From Selaginella moellendorffii (taxonomy: Eukaryota; Plantae; Lycopodiophyta), in NCBI RefSeq assembly GCF_000143415.4, contig NW_003314338.1, forward strand, positions 838,771-902,770: 64,000 nt of DNA. Direction: 5' to 3'. The notes beneath the pieces are model-generated. The model was not told the DNA's origin. It searched no databases and saw only the letters and a program-made list of their open reading frames with translations. The stretch's first letter is position 1. The number at the start of each line of letters is the position of its first letter. Made by a program: the position numbers and the translations under genes. Shown here one piece after another: positions 12,470 to 26,641 of the stretch.

Positions 12470-15310
12470 TAAAAATCTATTTTAATATTCCATCTGTGTT
12501 ATGCTTAAATGCAAGTAATCACTAGCAGTCACAGCTGTCAAAACACTCCACAATTCCAAGGCCACTTATAGCCAGTGCTTCACTGCACACATCCAATAAA
12601 TTCCACCCAGCAGTGCTAGGAAAGTGTTTGGGAGCTACTTCTCAATAGTACTTAGTCTTGTTTTTCATTCTACCAAAGAACTATAGCTTTTCTCATAATT
12701 ATTTTCACTTTTGCATCATTTACAAAACTTACACTTTACAAATGTCACTCAAAAGAGGTTGTTTATAATAGCAATTACACAGTTAGTTTGTCTCAACTCT
12801 TGCAATATTGGAAGACAGAAAAAAGTCCTATCACCATAGTTGGGAGAAATTCTCTCACCACACCATGAGGCATGAGATTGTTAGTGATGGAAGTAGCTAG
12901 AGAGGGTCCATAGAAAAAGGCCAGAAGAAGCAAAGAGAAGGTTGAGGTTTGTTGAAAGTTTTGTGTGGATAAGAGCTATCACAATATAAGGTAGATCCAA
13001 TTAAGTCCTTTAGGGTTTGATGCCCTTCTCCTAACAATTGACAGGCATGAGTGCTCACATCATCTAACAAGCTATGGGATAAATTCAAGGCATGTGTGAA
13101 GACCAAATTCATAACAACTATGAAAGAGCAATGCAATATAGATTGCATGAAATGTCGATAGTACTCCAAGAACATGGCAAGAAACTTCTGACAACGAAAC
13201 AACAACTAAACAAGTTGTATGCTATGCATGCTTGAGGAAGTTGAATTACTGAAACCAAAATGAAAATATAGAACAACTTCACATATTTATCAACGTCTTG
13301 AATGCAATATAAAACAAAAAGAAATAAACAATTTATTCTTTGTTGATGGAGTCAAAGGCACAAAGAAACTATACCCTTTTAACACACTAATAAAGTATGT
13401 CATAGCTATGACATGAAAGTCTTAGAGGTCAAATGGACAGAATAGTGAGTACTCTTCTTATATAGACTAAACAACTCACTCAACATTTAAGCTATTGGTA
13501 CCAATTACAGAAACATGCACCTTGAATCTGCAAGAAAATTCAACACCTGCCAAGGTCGTAAGGAGAGTTGAATTGCTTATATGGGACGAGATAAACATAA
13601 TACCCATTCAAGCTTTTAAAGCTGTCGAAAGGGTCATGCATGACATAAAAAATTGCGAAGAACCCGCTACAAGCCAGAGATCACGTCACAGTGAAGAAGT
13701 AGGCAAGGCGCGGCTGCTGGCGCTACACACCGCACAACGCCAAGGGCATGGTGGTGAAAGTTGACAGGGAAGAGATCGTGGTCCGGGTGAAGTTTTGCAG
13801 CTCGCAGGACCTCTGGGAAGGGAGCCCGGATGAGGTGGATCTGGTGGGGAGTGGGTTCACAGGTTGACAAACAAGGATCACCACTACTTGGGCAGTCGGC
13901 TGTCCTGTATCGGGATCATTCACAGCATCCAACACGATGAAGAGCCACGTTCATTGGCTGCGACATGCTCTGGACTGGAGTTCCAACCATGCTCGCAAAG
14001 ATCCAGCCGCTCAGAGTTGGGCAGATGGTGTGACTAAGCTGCTGTGCTCGGGGAAGTCCACGGTTTGAGTGGCCGTGCAAGAAGAGGAGCGGCCGGATCA
14101 CCAGGATAATGCCCAACGGCTGCATGGTTCTCTTGTCGCAGCTGGACATCGAAGGAGCGGTGGTTTTGGGGGCATCACATTAGTAATAGAGGGAGATTTT
14201 AGATAGATGGTGTTTTAAAAAAGGCTTGTTGCACATAAATTGTCCAAAACAATATGCAATCCTCACTAATATGGTAGAAACTTGTAAAGTTGGTTTAGAT
14301 GGCTTGTGAGGCTTAAAGATAATAACTTACCTGGCTTACAAGGATTAAACTAAGAAGCTATAAAATTACCTCTAATAGATCATGTGTTTGGAAAACATAT
14401 ATAGTCTAATGACCTGAATCTATTGCAAAAAGTTATTCTCACAACTTTAAATGATCTCTCTCTATAAGTGAATGATTAAGTCCTTTCAAGAATGATTGGC
14501 AGAAGAATAATATATAAAAGTAGACATTGTAGAAATGTATTTCCTATTGAGTTTTTAAACTCAATAACACCATTTGAAATGCCTCTACACAAGAAAATCA
14601 AAAGTATCATAATGTTGTTATACATATCAACACCAAAAAATGCCTTTGTAAAATAATTATAACTAAAGCACTACCAAATATTATAGAAGTTAAAATTCTA
14701 CATAATAGTTGCAAGGAAAAAAAAGTCCTCCTACCAAAATCTCTTTAAAACCAACTAACATAAACATACCATTCATACTTAAACGGAAATTATTTTCTAT
14801 AAGGTTTGTATTCTTTATAAAAATTTGCAAATCTCGAAAACAAACACTACAAAATGTAAGTATCTAGTTGCCAAGATTAATTTTCAGCCACACTTGCACT
14901 TTCTAAAGGAACATCAAAGAAATAAATGATAATATCCATCAAACAATGTGCAAGGTGTGCTTTAGAACCATAATGTTTACATGAAAAATATTGTATACAA
15001 GGAAATTCTCTAGGATTCATGTCACCAATGCAACAAATTTTCTATTTATTAGTAAAGCTGGATTCCTTGCTAGTATCATGTAAATTCACTATCCTAAAAT
15101 GATATATAAGAATATTCTAAATATATCCTTAGATGTAAAATTCTAAAAGAAACCAATTGTTGATACATGTGGCATATTATTAATTATTATATTTTATATT
15201 ATTACAAGTTAAATCTTTATATTTTGAGTTTTAAGGGTCTACAAGTATCTTTAGTTGTAGCATTACCATCTTCCAAGTGCTTGCATTAATCCTTGTAGCA
15301 AGGGACCTTG
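12470..15310 (+). mobile_element. Decayed Helitron, copy B
   Basis: Collinear with 5500-7850: LLIWDEINIIPIQAFKAVERVMHDI, KNIVYKEIL* (~14984-15013), hairpin tccttgtagcaaggga (15290-15305). Confidence 0.8.
13660..14162 (+). pseudogene. Inserted fragment of a KEG-type (HERC2-like/SH3-like repeat) plant gene
   Basis: GC-rich block absent from Helitron copy A. Reads GMVVKVDREEIVVRVKFC..DLWEG, CIGIIHSIQHD, FIGCDMLWTG, VGQMV, SPRFEWP.K, GRITRIMPNGC with stops and frameshifts. Confidence 0.6.
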
Positions 15311-15894
15311 AAACCATGTTGTAAATCCATGTGTGTAAATATAGTTTAGTTTTAGAAGAAAGCCACAAATTTGTTGCAAATGGTTAGTTTTCTTGTTTAT
15401 TTGAATAGTACTTACTATTATATATAGTTTTTTATTTAATAAAAATATAATCATATATATATGGATTAAATTTGAAATAAATAAACGTGCCAGGAGATAT
15501 ACTTTGAATTAGAATACTTGTACAAGGAGGAAGGTTTGATGTGGAAGCTACATTAGACCTAAGGCAAGTAACAGTGAGTTCCAAATCTATCTAAAGGTGG
15601 TTAAGATGAAGCACATTAATTTCATCCTTCTCCCTCCAGATTCTTCCCGATTCTTGGATTCCTACTTAGGGCTCTCTTGATCTTCGGCAAGAAATTTGTA
15701 CTAGAGTGGGAATTCCAGGTGGAGCATGGAATGTAGTGGGTGGTGTGCCTCCAAAAGCATACTGAACCAAACCACTATCATGTACAAAAGCTTAAACCAA
15801 TTAATTTTGACGGTAGAATATAAAGGTGTTTAACAAAGTTTATAAATTCTAAATGCAAAAATATCCCATTAATATCCAAGCATATTACTTCGCT

Positions 15895-16712
15895 AAAACT
15901 ATTAAAAAGTCTTTAAAAGTTTTTTTGTAAACATTCTAGAAATCAAATCATGTGCTATCTACAGTAAAAATTAAATCGATTTATAATTGCATAATAAGCT
16001 TCATAAAATCTTATGTTATGTATATTAATAGCTAGTTTCAGTTTCAGTTTCAGTTTCACTACTATGCTTTAAAAGAATCATGTGGGATTATGAATGTGCA
16101 AACTATATGTATAACCATTGTTGAAAAACCATGTTCACCTAGTTTTATTTTATTAGAACCATATGTTTTTGTGAGAGTTACAAGAAAAACCATATAGAAA
16201 GTAAAATGAAAACAATATTCACGGGAGCATGAGCACTCACGCCCATCAATCACTAGGAGCATCAACTCCCCAAGGAATCGAGCTTATAATACGGCAGCTA
16301 TCATCCACACAGAGCCTTCAACAAAGCTCTTCCTTCTCTTCCTCACTGCTTCTGGCTTTTCTTTTCCTCCTCGGGTGTGTTGCCAAGTTTACAACCCCAC
16401 CAAGTGGAAGTTGGATCCTCTCCGACTACTTCCATCACTGACAGTCTCACACCTCAGATGAGAAGCATGGTGTGGTGAGATAAGTTCTCCCAGATATGGT
16501 GATAGGACTTTTTTTTCTTTCTTTCAATTTTGCAGGAGTTGAGACAAACCAACTGTGTAACTGCTATTGTAAACAACCTCTTGTGAGTTAGATTTGTAGA
16601 GTTTAAGTTTTGTAAATGATGTACAGCTGAAAATAATTATGAGAAAAGCTATAGTTCTTTGATAGAATGAAAAACAAGATTGGATCTTTATAAGGGTATT
16701 GTCAGCACCCAG
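15895..16712 (+). repeat. Dispersed repeat with RIN2 3'-end copy
   Basis: ORF 16229-16441 IELIIRQLSSTQSLQQSSS mirrors RIN2 IELIMRQLSSTRNHQQSSS. The RIN2 last exon (ELRQTNCVTAIVNNLL*) is at ~16536-16586. Confidence 0.85.
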
Positions 16713-16922
16713 CGTGATCTCTATCTCATACAATGACAACCAGCACAGCATGAACGTATGGAAAGGAATTGTCTCAATGCAAATGCGGGAAAGTTTAAAT
16801 CAAACTGTCCTGCTGTGAGCAGCCCGTAACTTGTGCGAAGAGAGAGATTTGTTGTCCTAGGGATTAGGGTTTGTGGAAAAATGGCGCTCCTAGTGGCGAA
16901 GAGGACGAGCGCGGATGTAGAG

Positions 16923-17948
16923 ATGGCGCGCGGCGTCAAGGAGCATGCGACATGGAGCCCCTACGAGAACAATGGCGGGTGAGTGATCTTGGATCGCGCT
17001 TTGCTTCCCGTGGACGGATTTTCGCAGGACTTGCGTCGCGATTGCTGGATCGGATTATTGCATCGTCGCAGCTGACACGAGATTGTCGCTTGGCTACAGC
17101 ATACTGACCAGAGGCCATTCTAAGCTGTTTAAGCTGTAAGTTTTTCTTGGGTTTGGAAAAAAATGTGATTTTTCCTTCCTATCTTTCGCAGCTCAGACAC
17201 TGCGGTCATGGCTTCCTCTGGCTTCCAGGCCGATGTGAGAACTCTGCAAAAGAATCTAGAAGCCCGGCAAAAGGTTCGTTCCTCTTTGTTTCCAGATTTT
17301 CGCCTTAGACCGCTGCTTTTTTGTTTCTCTTGGTAGTAACAGGGTTACTACCATCAGCACGGGAAACCAATGTCTTGCCCAGGGATGGCGCAGCTCCTGT
17401 CGAACACCCTCTATTACAAACGCTTCTTTCCATACTACAGTTTCAACGTTCTTGGTGGTCTAGACACCGAAGGTACGTTTGGAAGAGAGAATCAAAGTCT
17501 AAATCTTTGTGGAGGCTTGTAGGCAAGGGATGTGTCTACACTTATGACGCTGTTGGTTCTTACGAGCGGACAGGATATAGTACCCAGGGAAGCGGTGCAG
17601 AGTTGATAATGCCGATTCTGGATAACCAGCTCAAGTCTGCCAGTCCTCTCCTTTATCCTCCAAGGGTGACAAATCCTTTGCGATTCGTTCTTCTCTGTTG
17701 CTGACTGCGGGGAGTTTACAGGAAACAGCAACGCCCCTCACGGAACAAGAGGCTCTGGAAATTGTCAAGGACACTTTTGCTTCGGCTACCGAGCGCCAGA
17801 TATACACCGTTCGTATTGCGTTTTCTGGGTCTCGCGAGCTTGAAACTCAACGCAAACTTGTGTGGTGTTGCAGGGAGATGGACTTGAGATTGTTGTCATC
17901 AACAAGGATGGAATACACAAGGAGTATTTAGACCTCAAGAAAGATTAG
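16923..17948 (+). CDS. PBF1: 20S proteasome beta-6 (beta type-1) subunit
   Basis: [12 protein letters not shown] / [27 protein letters not shown] / SSGFQADV / [24 protein letters not shown] / [14 protein letters not shown] / FASATER.IYT.GDGL / LKKD*. An in-frame upstream ATG at 16881 is possible. Confidence 0.95.
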
Positions 17949-18199
17949 GCACTCTCTTTCCACGCTGTGTTGAGTCTTACGATATATTTCATGGACAATT
18001 GTTTCATCTCTCCCTCCCCCTCGTATCGATCACACAAAAAGAACAATAAGCTTTATCATCTGAGGCCCTGAGGCAATCGACTTTTTCATTTGGTTTAGGG
18101 TTGACAAAAAAACGTTAAAAAACTGCAAAAGGTAACCTTTTTTGTTTCCGTTAACTAATTCTAACTTAATCATCTGTAAATCTTTTTTTTTAAAACAAC

Positions 18200-18365
18200 C
18201 TACAAATATTTCTATTGGCATTTTTATATTATTACAAGGTAAATTTTTTTTGAATTTGTAATATTTATTTATTTTTAAATTGGAAGAAAAAAGACTATTA
18301 GTATCATTGGCATTATCAGCTTCATATGTTTGCATTAATCTTTGTAGCAAGGGACACCAAAATTA
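18200..18365 (+). mobile_element. Isolated Helitron-like 3' terminal fragment
   Basis: tatattattacaag ... gcattaatctttgtagcaagggac, homologous to 7780-7845 and 15195-15310. Confidence 0.55.
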
Positions 18366-20240
18366 TATTATACAACCAAGAAAGACCTTGTGAGCGATTT
18401 CTTCTTGGATGCTACACTACACCCTTTTGGAGCGAATTGGGGTGGTTCGAGTGATTGTTCCATAGAACTTCCTGGGTTATCTCAACAAAGTCAAGTCTAC
18501 ATTAACTTGTGAAAACATAATAGTTGTTAGCAGACACCTTTGATAAAACTAGTCTTTCTCAAGAGACAAGAGAAAGAAGATGTTGAGAAGACAGATGCAA
18601 AAGGCTATTTATGTTCCAAAAGAGGAAACTTTCATCATCCAGATAAATGGCTATAGGCTTCCACGCCTAGGAACTCTTCATCCAGGGGCAAGAGCAAGGC
18701 GACAGTCATACAGCCTTTGTTCTTCACTGCCTTGGGAATTAAGTCTTATATTGGCTTTTATTTTCAGGGCTGCTTACTTGCAACACCTTTCTCCACTGTT
18801 TAAAAAACGCAAAAGAATATAGGAGGTGCCTAGCAATCCCTCCAACGGTGCAGATCTACATATACGTAATCCTAGCAGGCTTTGTGAATTTCTATGAGAA
18901 ATGGAGATCCTCAGTCATAGACACCATACTCTCAATTACACCATAGAGATATAACACTTCTCACCACAAACACCAACAACTAGGAGAGGATTGCATTGAG
19001 GTTCTAACCCAGGATGTGACAAGGAGGTGTGGGAGATGGATAGGAAGCCCAGGTCAGAGACTGAAGGCTTGACCTGGAAAAGTTCAGCAAATGAATGGCT
19101 CACAAGATCATCAAAACAACCTATTGTAATCTGTTAGTCTCACTGTAAACAACTAATGAATTATTAAATGAAAACCATCTGCCACCATCACTAATGCAAG
19201 TGGGATTAAGTGAATCAATCAATAGTGACCTGCTGCAGACCATCCATGGCCGTTGGATTGAAAAATGTTATAGCCAGCCATTTACCTGTACTTGTTCTTG
19301 AGAACATATGCACTCCACTAAAATATTGCTACATGTTTTAACCGCTTAGGCACAACCTTGTGAATGCTGATCAAGGGTTACGTGCATACTTGTAATATCT
19401 GAAAAGTAATATTAAAATTTTAAAACATAAAATATTTAACTAGAGAGTCCTTAAAAGAAAAGAAAGGCAAAACATTAAATATTTTATCATGCAATAATAT
19501 AAAGTAACAAAACATTATTATGCTAATATAAATCATTTGTATATTAATTCATTTTTAAATAAATAGTGAATATTTCTAGAATATTCTTACATAAGTGTAT
19601 ATTTTCTTAATGGATATACCTAAAATATTCTAGCATATTTTATCATCTAACAACCAATAGCTAACACAATGTTGATACCGTGTGGAATCAGATCATCCGC
19701 AATGGACAGGCAAGGTTTCTTCACTGCGACGATCCCTCCATTCAGCCTGGCGTCATAGACAACGCTCTCATTGTGTGGTATTTATTCAACAAGATTTACA
19801 TGGTCAGTTTGTCGTCTCTCATAAACTAGCTTCCCACGTCAATGATCAAATTGCTATTATGGATGTTGGGTTGTTTGCTTTGAATGCTTTATTCATCTTT
19901 GTTCTGTTTTCTTGTGTGATCCGTCATTCTGCGTTGACAGTAGGGCACACATAGGTGGTTCATTCGGTGTACAGGGCGTTGAGCAGCATGGGATTTCTGC
20001 TGGGTGTTCTTCAGGTAAACAGGTAGATCTCAAGAGACGCACATTTAGTATGGTGCTGATGCATCGGCCGTTTAGGGTAGGACACTATCAAAAGGAAGAA
20101 AAGGGATTCCCTCCTAAGCATTTAAAATCGTCCGGTCCTGTTCCTGTTCTTCATCCTATCGAGAAAAACTAGAGCTTTTCTACCAAAACTATTTTCAGCT
20201 GTGTGTCATTTACAAAAAACTTACACTCTACGCATCTCAC

Positions 20241-22618
20241 TCACAAGAGGTTGTTTACAGTAGCAGTTACACAGTTGGTTCGTCTCAACTCCTGCAAAAT
20301 CAAAAGAATGGAAAGGAAGTCAGTGATGGAACAAACTAATCACGCGAAAAACTATCATACCTGGACGATACGATCGTCCGAGACATGCGGAAGAACTTCT
20401 CTCACCATGCCCACCATGCTTCTCATCTGAGGCGTGAGACCATCTGTAATGGAAGTAGCCGGAGTGGATCCAGCTTCCACCTGGTGAGGTTGTAAACTTG
20501 GCGACGCGCCAGAGGAGGAAGAGAAAGGCCAGAAGCCCCAAGTGGTAGAAGAAGGTGGCGAGGAGGAGGAAGAGGAAGAGCTTTGTTGATGGTTTCGTGT
20601 GGACGATAGCTGCCGCATTATAAGCTCGATCCGGCTGAGGCCCCGTGGAGCTGATGATGCCGAGCCTTCTCCTGGCGATTGACGGGCGTGAGAGCTCCCG
20701 GAACCGGAGAAGTGTCGCACCATCAACTCTAGCCTTCCGAGGCCTCGAGAGTTTGAAGCGGCGTTGTCAGAGGAGGAGGACTGCCCAGCTGCCACCGTCG
20801 TCCATTCCGAATCAGATCCAGAACCTCTACATCGACGCATTAACAGTGTCAAGCTTCGATGACGAGCAAAGGTGCCTACCTCCACAAACTCGCCGCATTG
20901 TGTTGGCTCGTTCTCGTGAAGCTCTGGTGGGAACGTCCCAGAGTTCTTAGATTTCCCATGAAAAGGGGCCTTCGACAAGTTGGACATGAGTATGTGTCTG
21001 CGAGGCCTTGATCTAGCCTGCACAGGGCCAAGTTCACACACATGAGAACATTCTTAAACATGAAAGTTTACCATGAACGCAGGCAAGAGAGGTGGAACAG
21101 ATGAGCGCATGGAAGTCTCTTCGCTTTCACCATTGGCTCCTGAAAACGATGGTTCGCTTTCGTCAGTAAAGTGGAATGCTGCTGTTAGACACTAACTTTA
21201 CAAATAGCGCAGTCGTCGTCATACGCCAGGAGTTCCTCTTGCGTGGCGTCCGGCAACGCTCCTTGCAACGTGCTCATGGCCGTGCGCATCCTCATAAATC
21301 CCTTAATTCGTTTGAGGATTGCACTTAGAAGTGCCTGGAAAAAATGGAAGTGAGTGTACGTGGAACCAACGAGGTCGTTCTTACCCGGAGGTTGAGAAAC
21401 AGAATGGCATCGACAACTTGAAAGGCAAGGCCCCTCAGCCACCAGATATGAAGGCAGTGTCCCAAAGCCAAGAACAAGCTCAAAAGGTCCATGCCAAAGC
21501 TGAAGTTACGAACTATCATTCCCTTCCACTCCCACGACGCACCTGGTCATAATATCTGTCAGCCAAACAAAGTGTAGCAAAGCCAAACACAGCACCTGCG
21601 ACTGATCGATCAGATGATGGCTGCAAACCATTCGTTGCAGCGGGAGAAGTGTCTAAGGACTGACGCTGCCATGTATCCAATAGTTGCACCCCATGAACTA
21701 AAACAGCCTGGAATCACGACAAATGAGAACCAACGTTTACAAAGAAACACTACTAAGACCTGCAACGTCTCAAACGCAATGCTCAGCGGTTCGAACAAAA
21801 GTAGCATGAAAGTGCTTATTCCCGTGTCCTTGAAAACCACGAGACACAATTGAATCCTGCGACACCAGAGAATTACAGCTGGTTAGCATGAAGTCGAAAC
21901 GTGCGAAAACCGTGAAGCTCACCAGAACAAGTCCGAAAGTAAAACCAGGACAAGCACCGAGAAAACACGCAGATGAGCATAGACTGTCGCAGTTGGAGAA
22001 GCATTTAAACGGTCCAAGCGATCCCTCGCAAGACCTTGGAACATCTAGAAGAACCAGGTTACGTTACGGCGGTAAAGATCCATAGTCCCCATACCTTAAG
22101 GAAACCAAGCACGGCGAACCACGCGAGCCAGAGAGCTATTTGCATCATCTCGGGCTGGACAACCCAGGTGAGAAAGAGTCCCTGTACATCAATGAATCGC
22201 TTTAACTTTAAAAAGCCTTTGCAAGGAATCTCGCCTACCTTGAAAAGGACGTAGTTGATCATCCGTTCCACGACTTTCTGAGTCTCCAGGAGCGTAAGAG
22301 TACCAAAGAAAATAGTCTGCACAAAGAAGTAGAAGGGATAAGCAACGAAGACAATGGAAAAAAAAAAAGTGCTCAAACCTTCATACAAAGAGCTAGAACA
22401 ACGAAGAAGTTGACGAGGAGATTGGCCAGCAGCACGATTGTGAGAGACGACTGAAGCAGCGATTGGAGCAATTGAGCTGTGTCGACAGGATCAAATGCCT
22501 TCTTGTCCACGGAAATCCCTGGCAAGACCTTCTGGAGGACCGAATTTATCCTCCACACAATCCCGCCCAAGCTAATCGCCGTATACATGGCCACAAACGA
22601 TCCATAGCCTCCAGCCAT
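20241..22618 (-). CDS. RIN2: RING-H2 E3 ubiquitin ligase, RIN2/RIN3 (AMFR/gp78-like): TM region, RING, CUE
   Basis: ERMINYVLFK; TM segments; HIWWLRGLAFQVVDAILFLN; CAICKEPMVKAKRLPCAHLFHLSCLRSW.LDQG...CPTCR; CUE region MVREVLPHV..DRIVQ / ELRRTNCVTATVNNLL*. Confidence 0.92.
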
Positions 22619-23269
22619 GGTCTCGAAATCCCTCTCAAACAAGAAAGGAGGAAGAGAAAGAAGAAGCTCTACATTCGGATGAACCCTATAAACCCAGGGA
22701 GCTGAGGTAGCTCCTGCGATGCCGCGATTCTACAGCGATTCTAGCAAATCTTTCTCGCGGCAATGGCGACCGCGATGCGAAATTTACCCGCGACGATCGA
22801 TCGCTGCGCGCCAGGCCGCGGAATCTTTCCTCCTCCGCCCTGGAAATAAGAGAGGGGAGAAAAACCCTTCGACCTAACAGTCCACTCGAGACTATTTCAC
22901 TTCTTCCATTTTCTATATGGTGACAAACACACACATTGATTGGATCCTTTTAAATCCTCTCTGGATAAACTTTGCCTCTATTTGTGTGTCACAAGTGAGC
23001 GCTTTAAGTTATAAAGAAGAAAAAGAGACAATGCAAAGCTTGTGAGCTCTGGGTTTTTCTTCTTCTTCTTCTTCGTGCTTATTTGGATCGTCGCGAGGTA
23101 AAAACAAAAATTCATCTTTCACGCTTTGCGTTGAAGGATCGCTGCAAAAATCATCGCTGAGCCGGGTGAAAAACTTGGAACCAAAAAATCTCTCATGCTT
23201 TCCTGTCTCGAGTGGAAAGTTTGCTTCTTCTGTGTGTGTATCTTTTGTTGTTTTTTTCATCGCTAGCTA

Positions 23270-24199
23270 TCACCACCATGAGACGAGCCCGAGTCCGTCG
23301 GAGTTTATATCTCCCTGGAATGATCTGGATTAGAGAACAAAAAGACATTCAAGCTTGGAATTTTTCTTGCTTACGATGACTTCCATTGGAGCGAAAGGTT
23401 GAGCGTCTCTTTCTTGCTCCAGAGGAATTGGGGGATATCTTACTTTTAAAACTCTAAACCGGACCTGGAAGAACGAAACAGTGAGTCCATGGCTTAGAAA
23501 ATAGTGATTCCACTCACCTCTTCTTCAAGGTCCATGAACATCTCGTTTTCTTGGTAGTTCCACACCCATAGTTTCTCGTTCTCGTCACTGTTTGATATTT
23601 GATCGGATCAGCCTAAGAAACGAAAGCAAAAACTGGATTTTTTGCTATGACTTACAATTTAGAGGGCTGCTGGAGTTGATGGTGAGGCACGATTATGTCT
23701 TCGAAAAAACCCATCGACACTGGAAACACGAAAAAATCCCTCTATCAAACCAAGAAAAATAAGTTCTTTCGAAGGGAAACTTACAAACCAGCCCATTCTT
23801 GTCGCATTTCTTGAGCTTCGCGACCAAAATCTCTCCTGGAAATGGACGAAACATGACCAGCTGAAACTCCACCTGGAAATCCCCTTAAAAATTCGCTATC
23901 TTTCGAGTAAAGGAGATTGCTTACAGTGTAAGTCGGAGCTCCATCGCCAGGGAAAACAAATCCCCCTTCGATCGATTGGATATCGTACAGCGACACGCAC
24001 AGCCCCAGATCCTTGACGACCTGGAAATATATAAAAACCAACAATGTAGCTTCAATGGGGGAGATTATCGCCGGCGATCGACACGCACCTTGTCCAGGAA
24101 CAATCTGTGGATCTCGAGCGTGATGGCGTCGAGCAGCGGCAGCACGAGATTGGCGGGCGGGATTCGCAGCGTGTCCCGCAGCTTGGACAGGACGAACAT
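23270..24199 (-). CDS. NRPC7: DNA-directed RNA polymerase III subunit RPC8/RPC25
   Basis: MFVLSKLRDTLRIPP / VVKDLGLCVSLYDI..IEGGFVFPGDGA / FQLVMFRPFPGEIL / GFFEDI / LWVWNY / DGLGLVSWW*. Confidence 0.93.
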
Positions 24200-24380
24200 C
24201 CTTAAAACCATAAACCCTAAAAACCTATCCACTGGCCTTTGCCTAGTATAGCGACCTTTGGATAGGTTTAGCGCGTGCGAGCACGAATGGAGTTCCTATC
24301 GTAGTGGTAGGAACTTCATTTTTTAAAATGCACGTCGGGATTTCGAATCTCTTTACGTTGTTTTTGTTTTTTTTTCTCTT

Positions 24381-26641
24381 TTATCGCGTGATACGAAGAA
24401 TCCCATTGCACTGAGACAATAGGATTTTCATATAGTACTTGGAGCCTCGCGAGAGATTGACTTTGGAGCGTTTAGCAGCCGGAAGGTCGTCGATTGTACA
24501 CTCTGAAAATCCGCGATGCACAAACCTGCGAGCATTCTCTCGTTAGTTTCATGCGTTTTCCATTGTCTTGCGAGCTTACCAGTCGGCAGTGCGCGTTGTT
24601 AGGAGAAAGAGTTTCTCCAGTCCGGCCCTGGCAGCTTTTCTTTCGATGTAATCTAAAAGAAAATGAAAAAAGTGGTTTTTGAAGAAGAAAAACTTGAAGC
24701 TTACCGAGAAGGCTGTCACCTTGGCCGTGGCCACGGCACTCCGGAGCTACTGCAAAAGCGGCAACTTCTCCTGATTTCTCAGCAGGGTATGGGAAGAGCG
24801 CAGCGCATGCGATCAAGCATCCATCTCTTTCCACCACTATGAAATCGTCAACTTCTTGAATGAGCTGAAACAGAGAAAAGGTTACATGAGAAAACGTTAC
24901 ATGAATACCAAGAAGAGTATAGAGGAAGAACTTGCCTGCTGTTTGCTTCTGTGGACGAGGATGCCATGCTCTTCCAAAGGACGAAGAAGTTGCTGGATGC
25001 CCAAGATATCAGAGCTTGTTGCCGAGCGAGTCCCTTCATACATATCACTGCAGCACAACAGTTGGATCGGGAAAAAGAAATCAAGAAAAATGTCATACTT
25101 GGAAATCATAGTTCCAATTCCATCTCGCGTGTAAAACTCGAGAAGGATTGCACCTTCGACAGTACAATCCAGAAGATGAACACGCGTAACACCGCCCTGT
25201 TGGAAAGTTAATAGTAAACCAGATGCACGAAAAAAAAGAGAGGATAGAAAGCATACCCGACAAGCGAATACAGCTGCAGCCAGTTCCGAAAGATGTGTTC
25301 TACTTTGTCTTTCCCGGCCGCCAATTGCAAAACCCGAGTTTTGATCCGTATGTGAACTTGCCATGGGACTTCCATTTGAGAAAGAGTCAAGTCCCAGGCT
25401 TATGGAGTATTTTGCTCCAGCGACAGCCTTGACATAATCAGCAGCAGTGTAACTTTGGCTCGTTTGAGTTCTGATCGCTTGATCTGCTTGCTCGAGTGTC
25501 ATGAACTTGACAACACTGTTCTTCTCGTCCACAATCGGACCGTCGACCAGACAGAGCAACTTATCGGCCGTGAGGGCTGTTGCGCAAGAGGTCGCTACTT
25601 CATATGTACTGCAAAAACGCTACCAAAGTATGAGATCAAACTCCAAAAGACTACTTATTCGATGAACCTTTCCCATCGTGGACATACTTGCAATTCAAAA
25701 CGTCTCCAGAGCTCGAGTAGCCAAGGTTGCTAAGGATCACGATGCAGTTGCAATCCAACCTCTCTTTGATGCGGACGATATCGAGCTTCTTCACTTCTCC
25801 TGTAGCTCCAAAGTCGACTCCATTAACAACACCTCTCCTCTGAAAGTTTATAGAAAGTCTATAGGAGGAGCAAAGGTCTAGAAAAATACACACTTACCTT
25901 AGCCGATAGAAAGTTTCCTCCTGCAACGCTCAATCCAGCCCGTGCAGCTCCACCATGCCGTCGCAACACAGGGACCATTGGACCTCTTGAAAGCTTCGCT
26001 TCTATATCCACGAGGATTTTCCCTGCCGCTTCCATCGAGGCTTCAAGAGCGTTAGAGTCTGTGACTCTGTAGGCTCCAATGTAGCAAGGCTCCTGACCTG
26101 GAAGAAACTCCCATTTCTTAGTAGACACAATTATAATGCGATGACTACAAGAAAAACTTGTTTTTCTCAAGATCCTAGACAAGAAAGAGCAAGAAGAAAC
26201 CTTACCCCTTTCTCGGAGAAGAGCATCGATCTGGATATGAGTTCCAGGAACGATCACAAGCTTGATGCCGAGTCCATGTAGAAGAGAGATATCCTATAGA
26301 AAAGATGAAATGCCATGCTATGGTTTCTACAAACATACCTGAAGAACATTGTCTAGAACAAGACGATTGGCGATAACTTCACCAGGGATGACGATCACGA
26401 AAGTACTGCCCCGATGGCCTTGAATGTATGGCCAGGCTTCGCGAAACCAGCTCACATACTGCCTCTGCTTGTCCATTGTCATGGCAATCCCCTCGCCGCT
26501 GGCGCTCATCGCAATGCAGCGAGCTGTGAGCTTGAGATTGGTGGCAGCGCGCAACCATCCAGCGCCAGTGCCGCCAAACGAGCTCGCGTTCTTTGCTCCG
26601 GCGTGCACAGCGCCCCCGCACAGCGGCATGGTCGCCATCAT
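24381..26641 (-). CDS. NAGS: N-acetylglutamate synthase (AAK plus GNAT domains), plastid
   Basis: [24 protein letters not shown]; [23 protein letters not shown]; [15 protein letters not shown]; [16 protein letters not shown]; [11 protein letters not shown]; [11 protein letters not shown]. Confidence 0.95.

Noticed and set aside
18400-20170. Short ORFs between PBF1 and RIN2
   Set aside because: No recognisable motifs, frequent stops, and no termini I can define.
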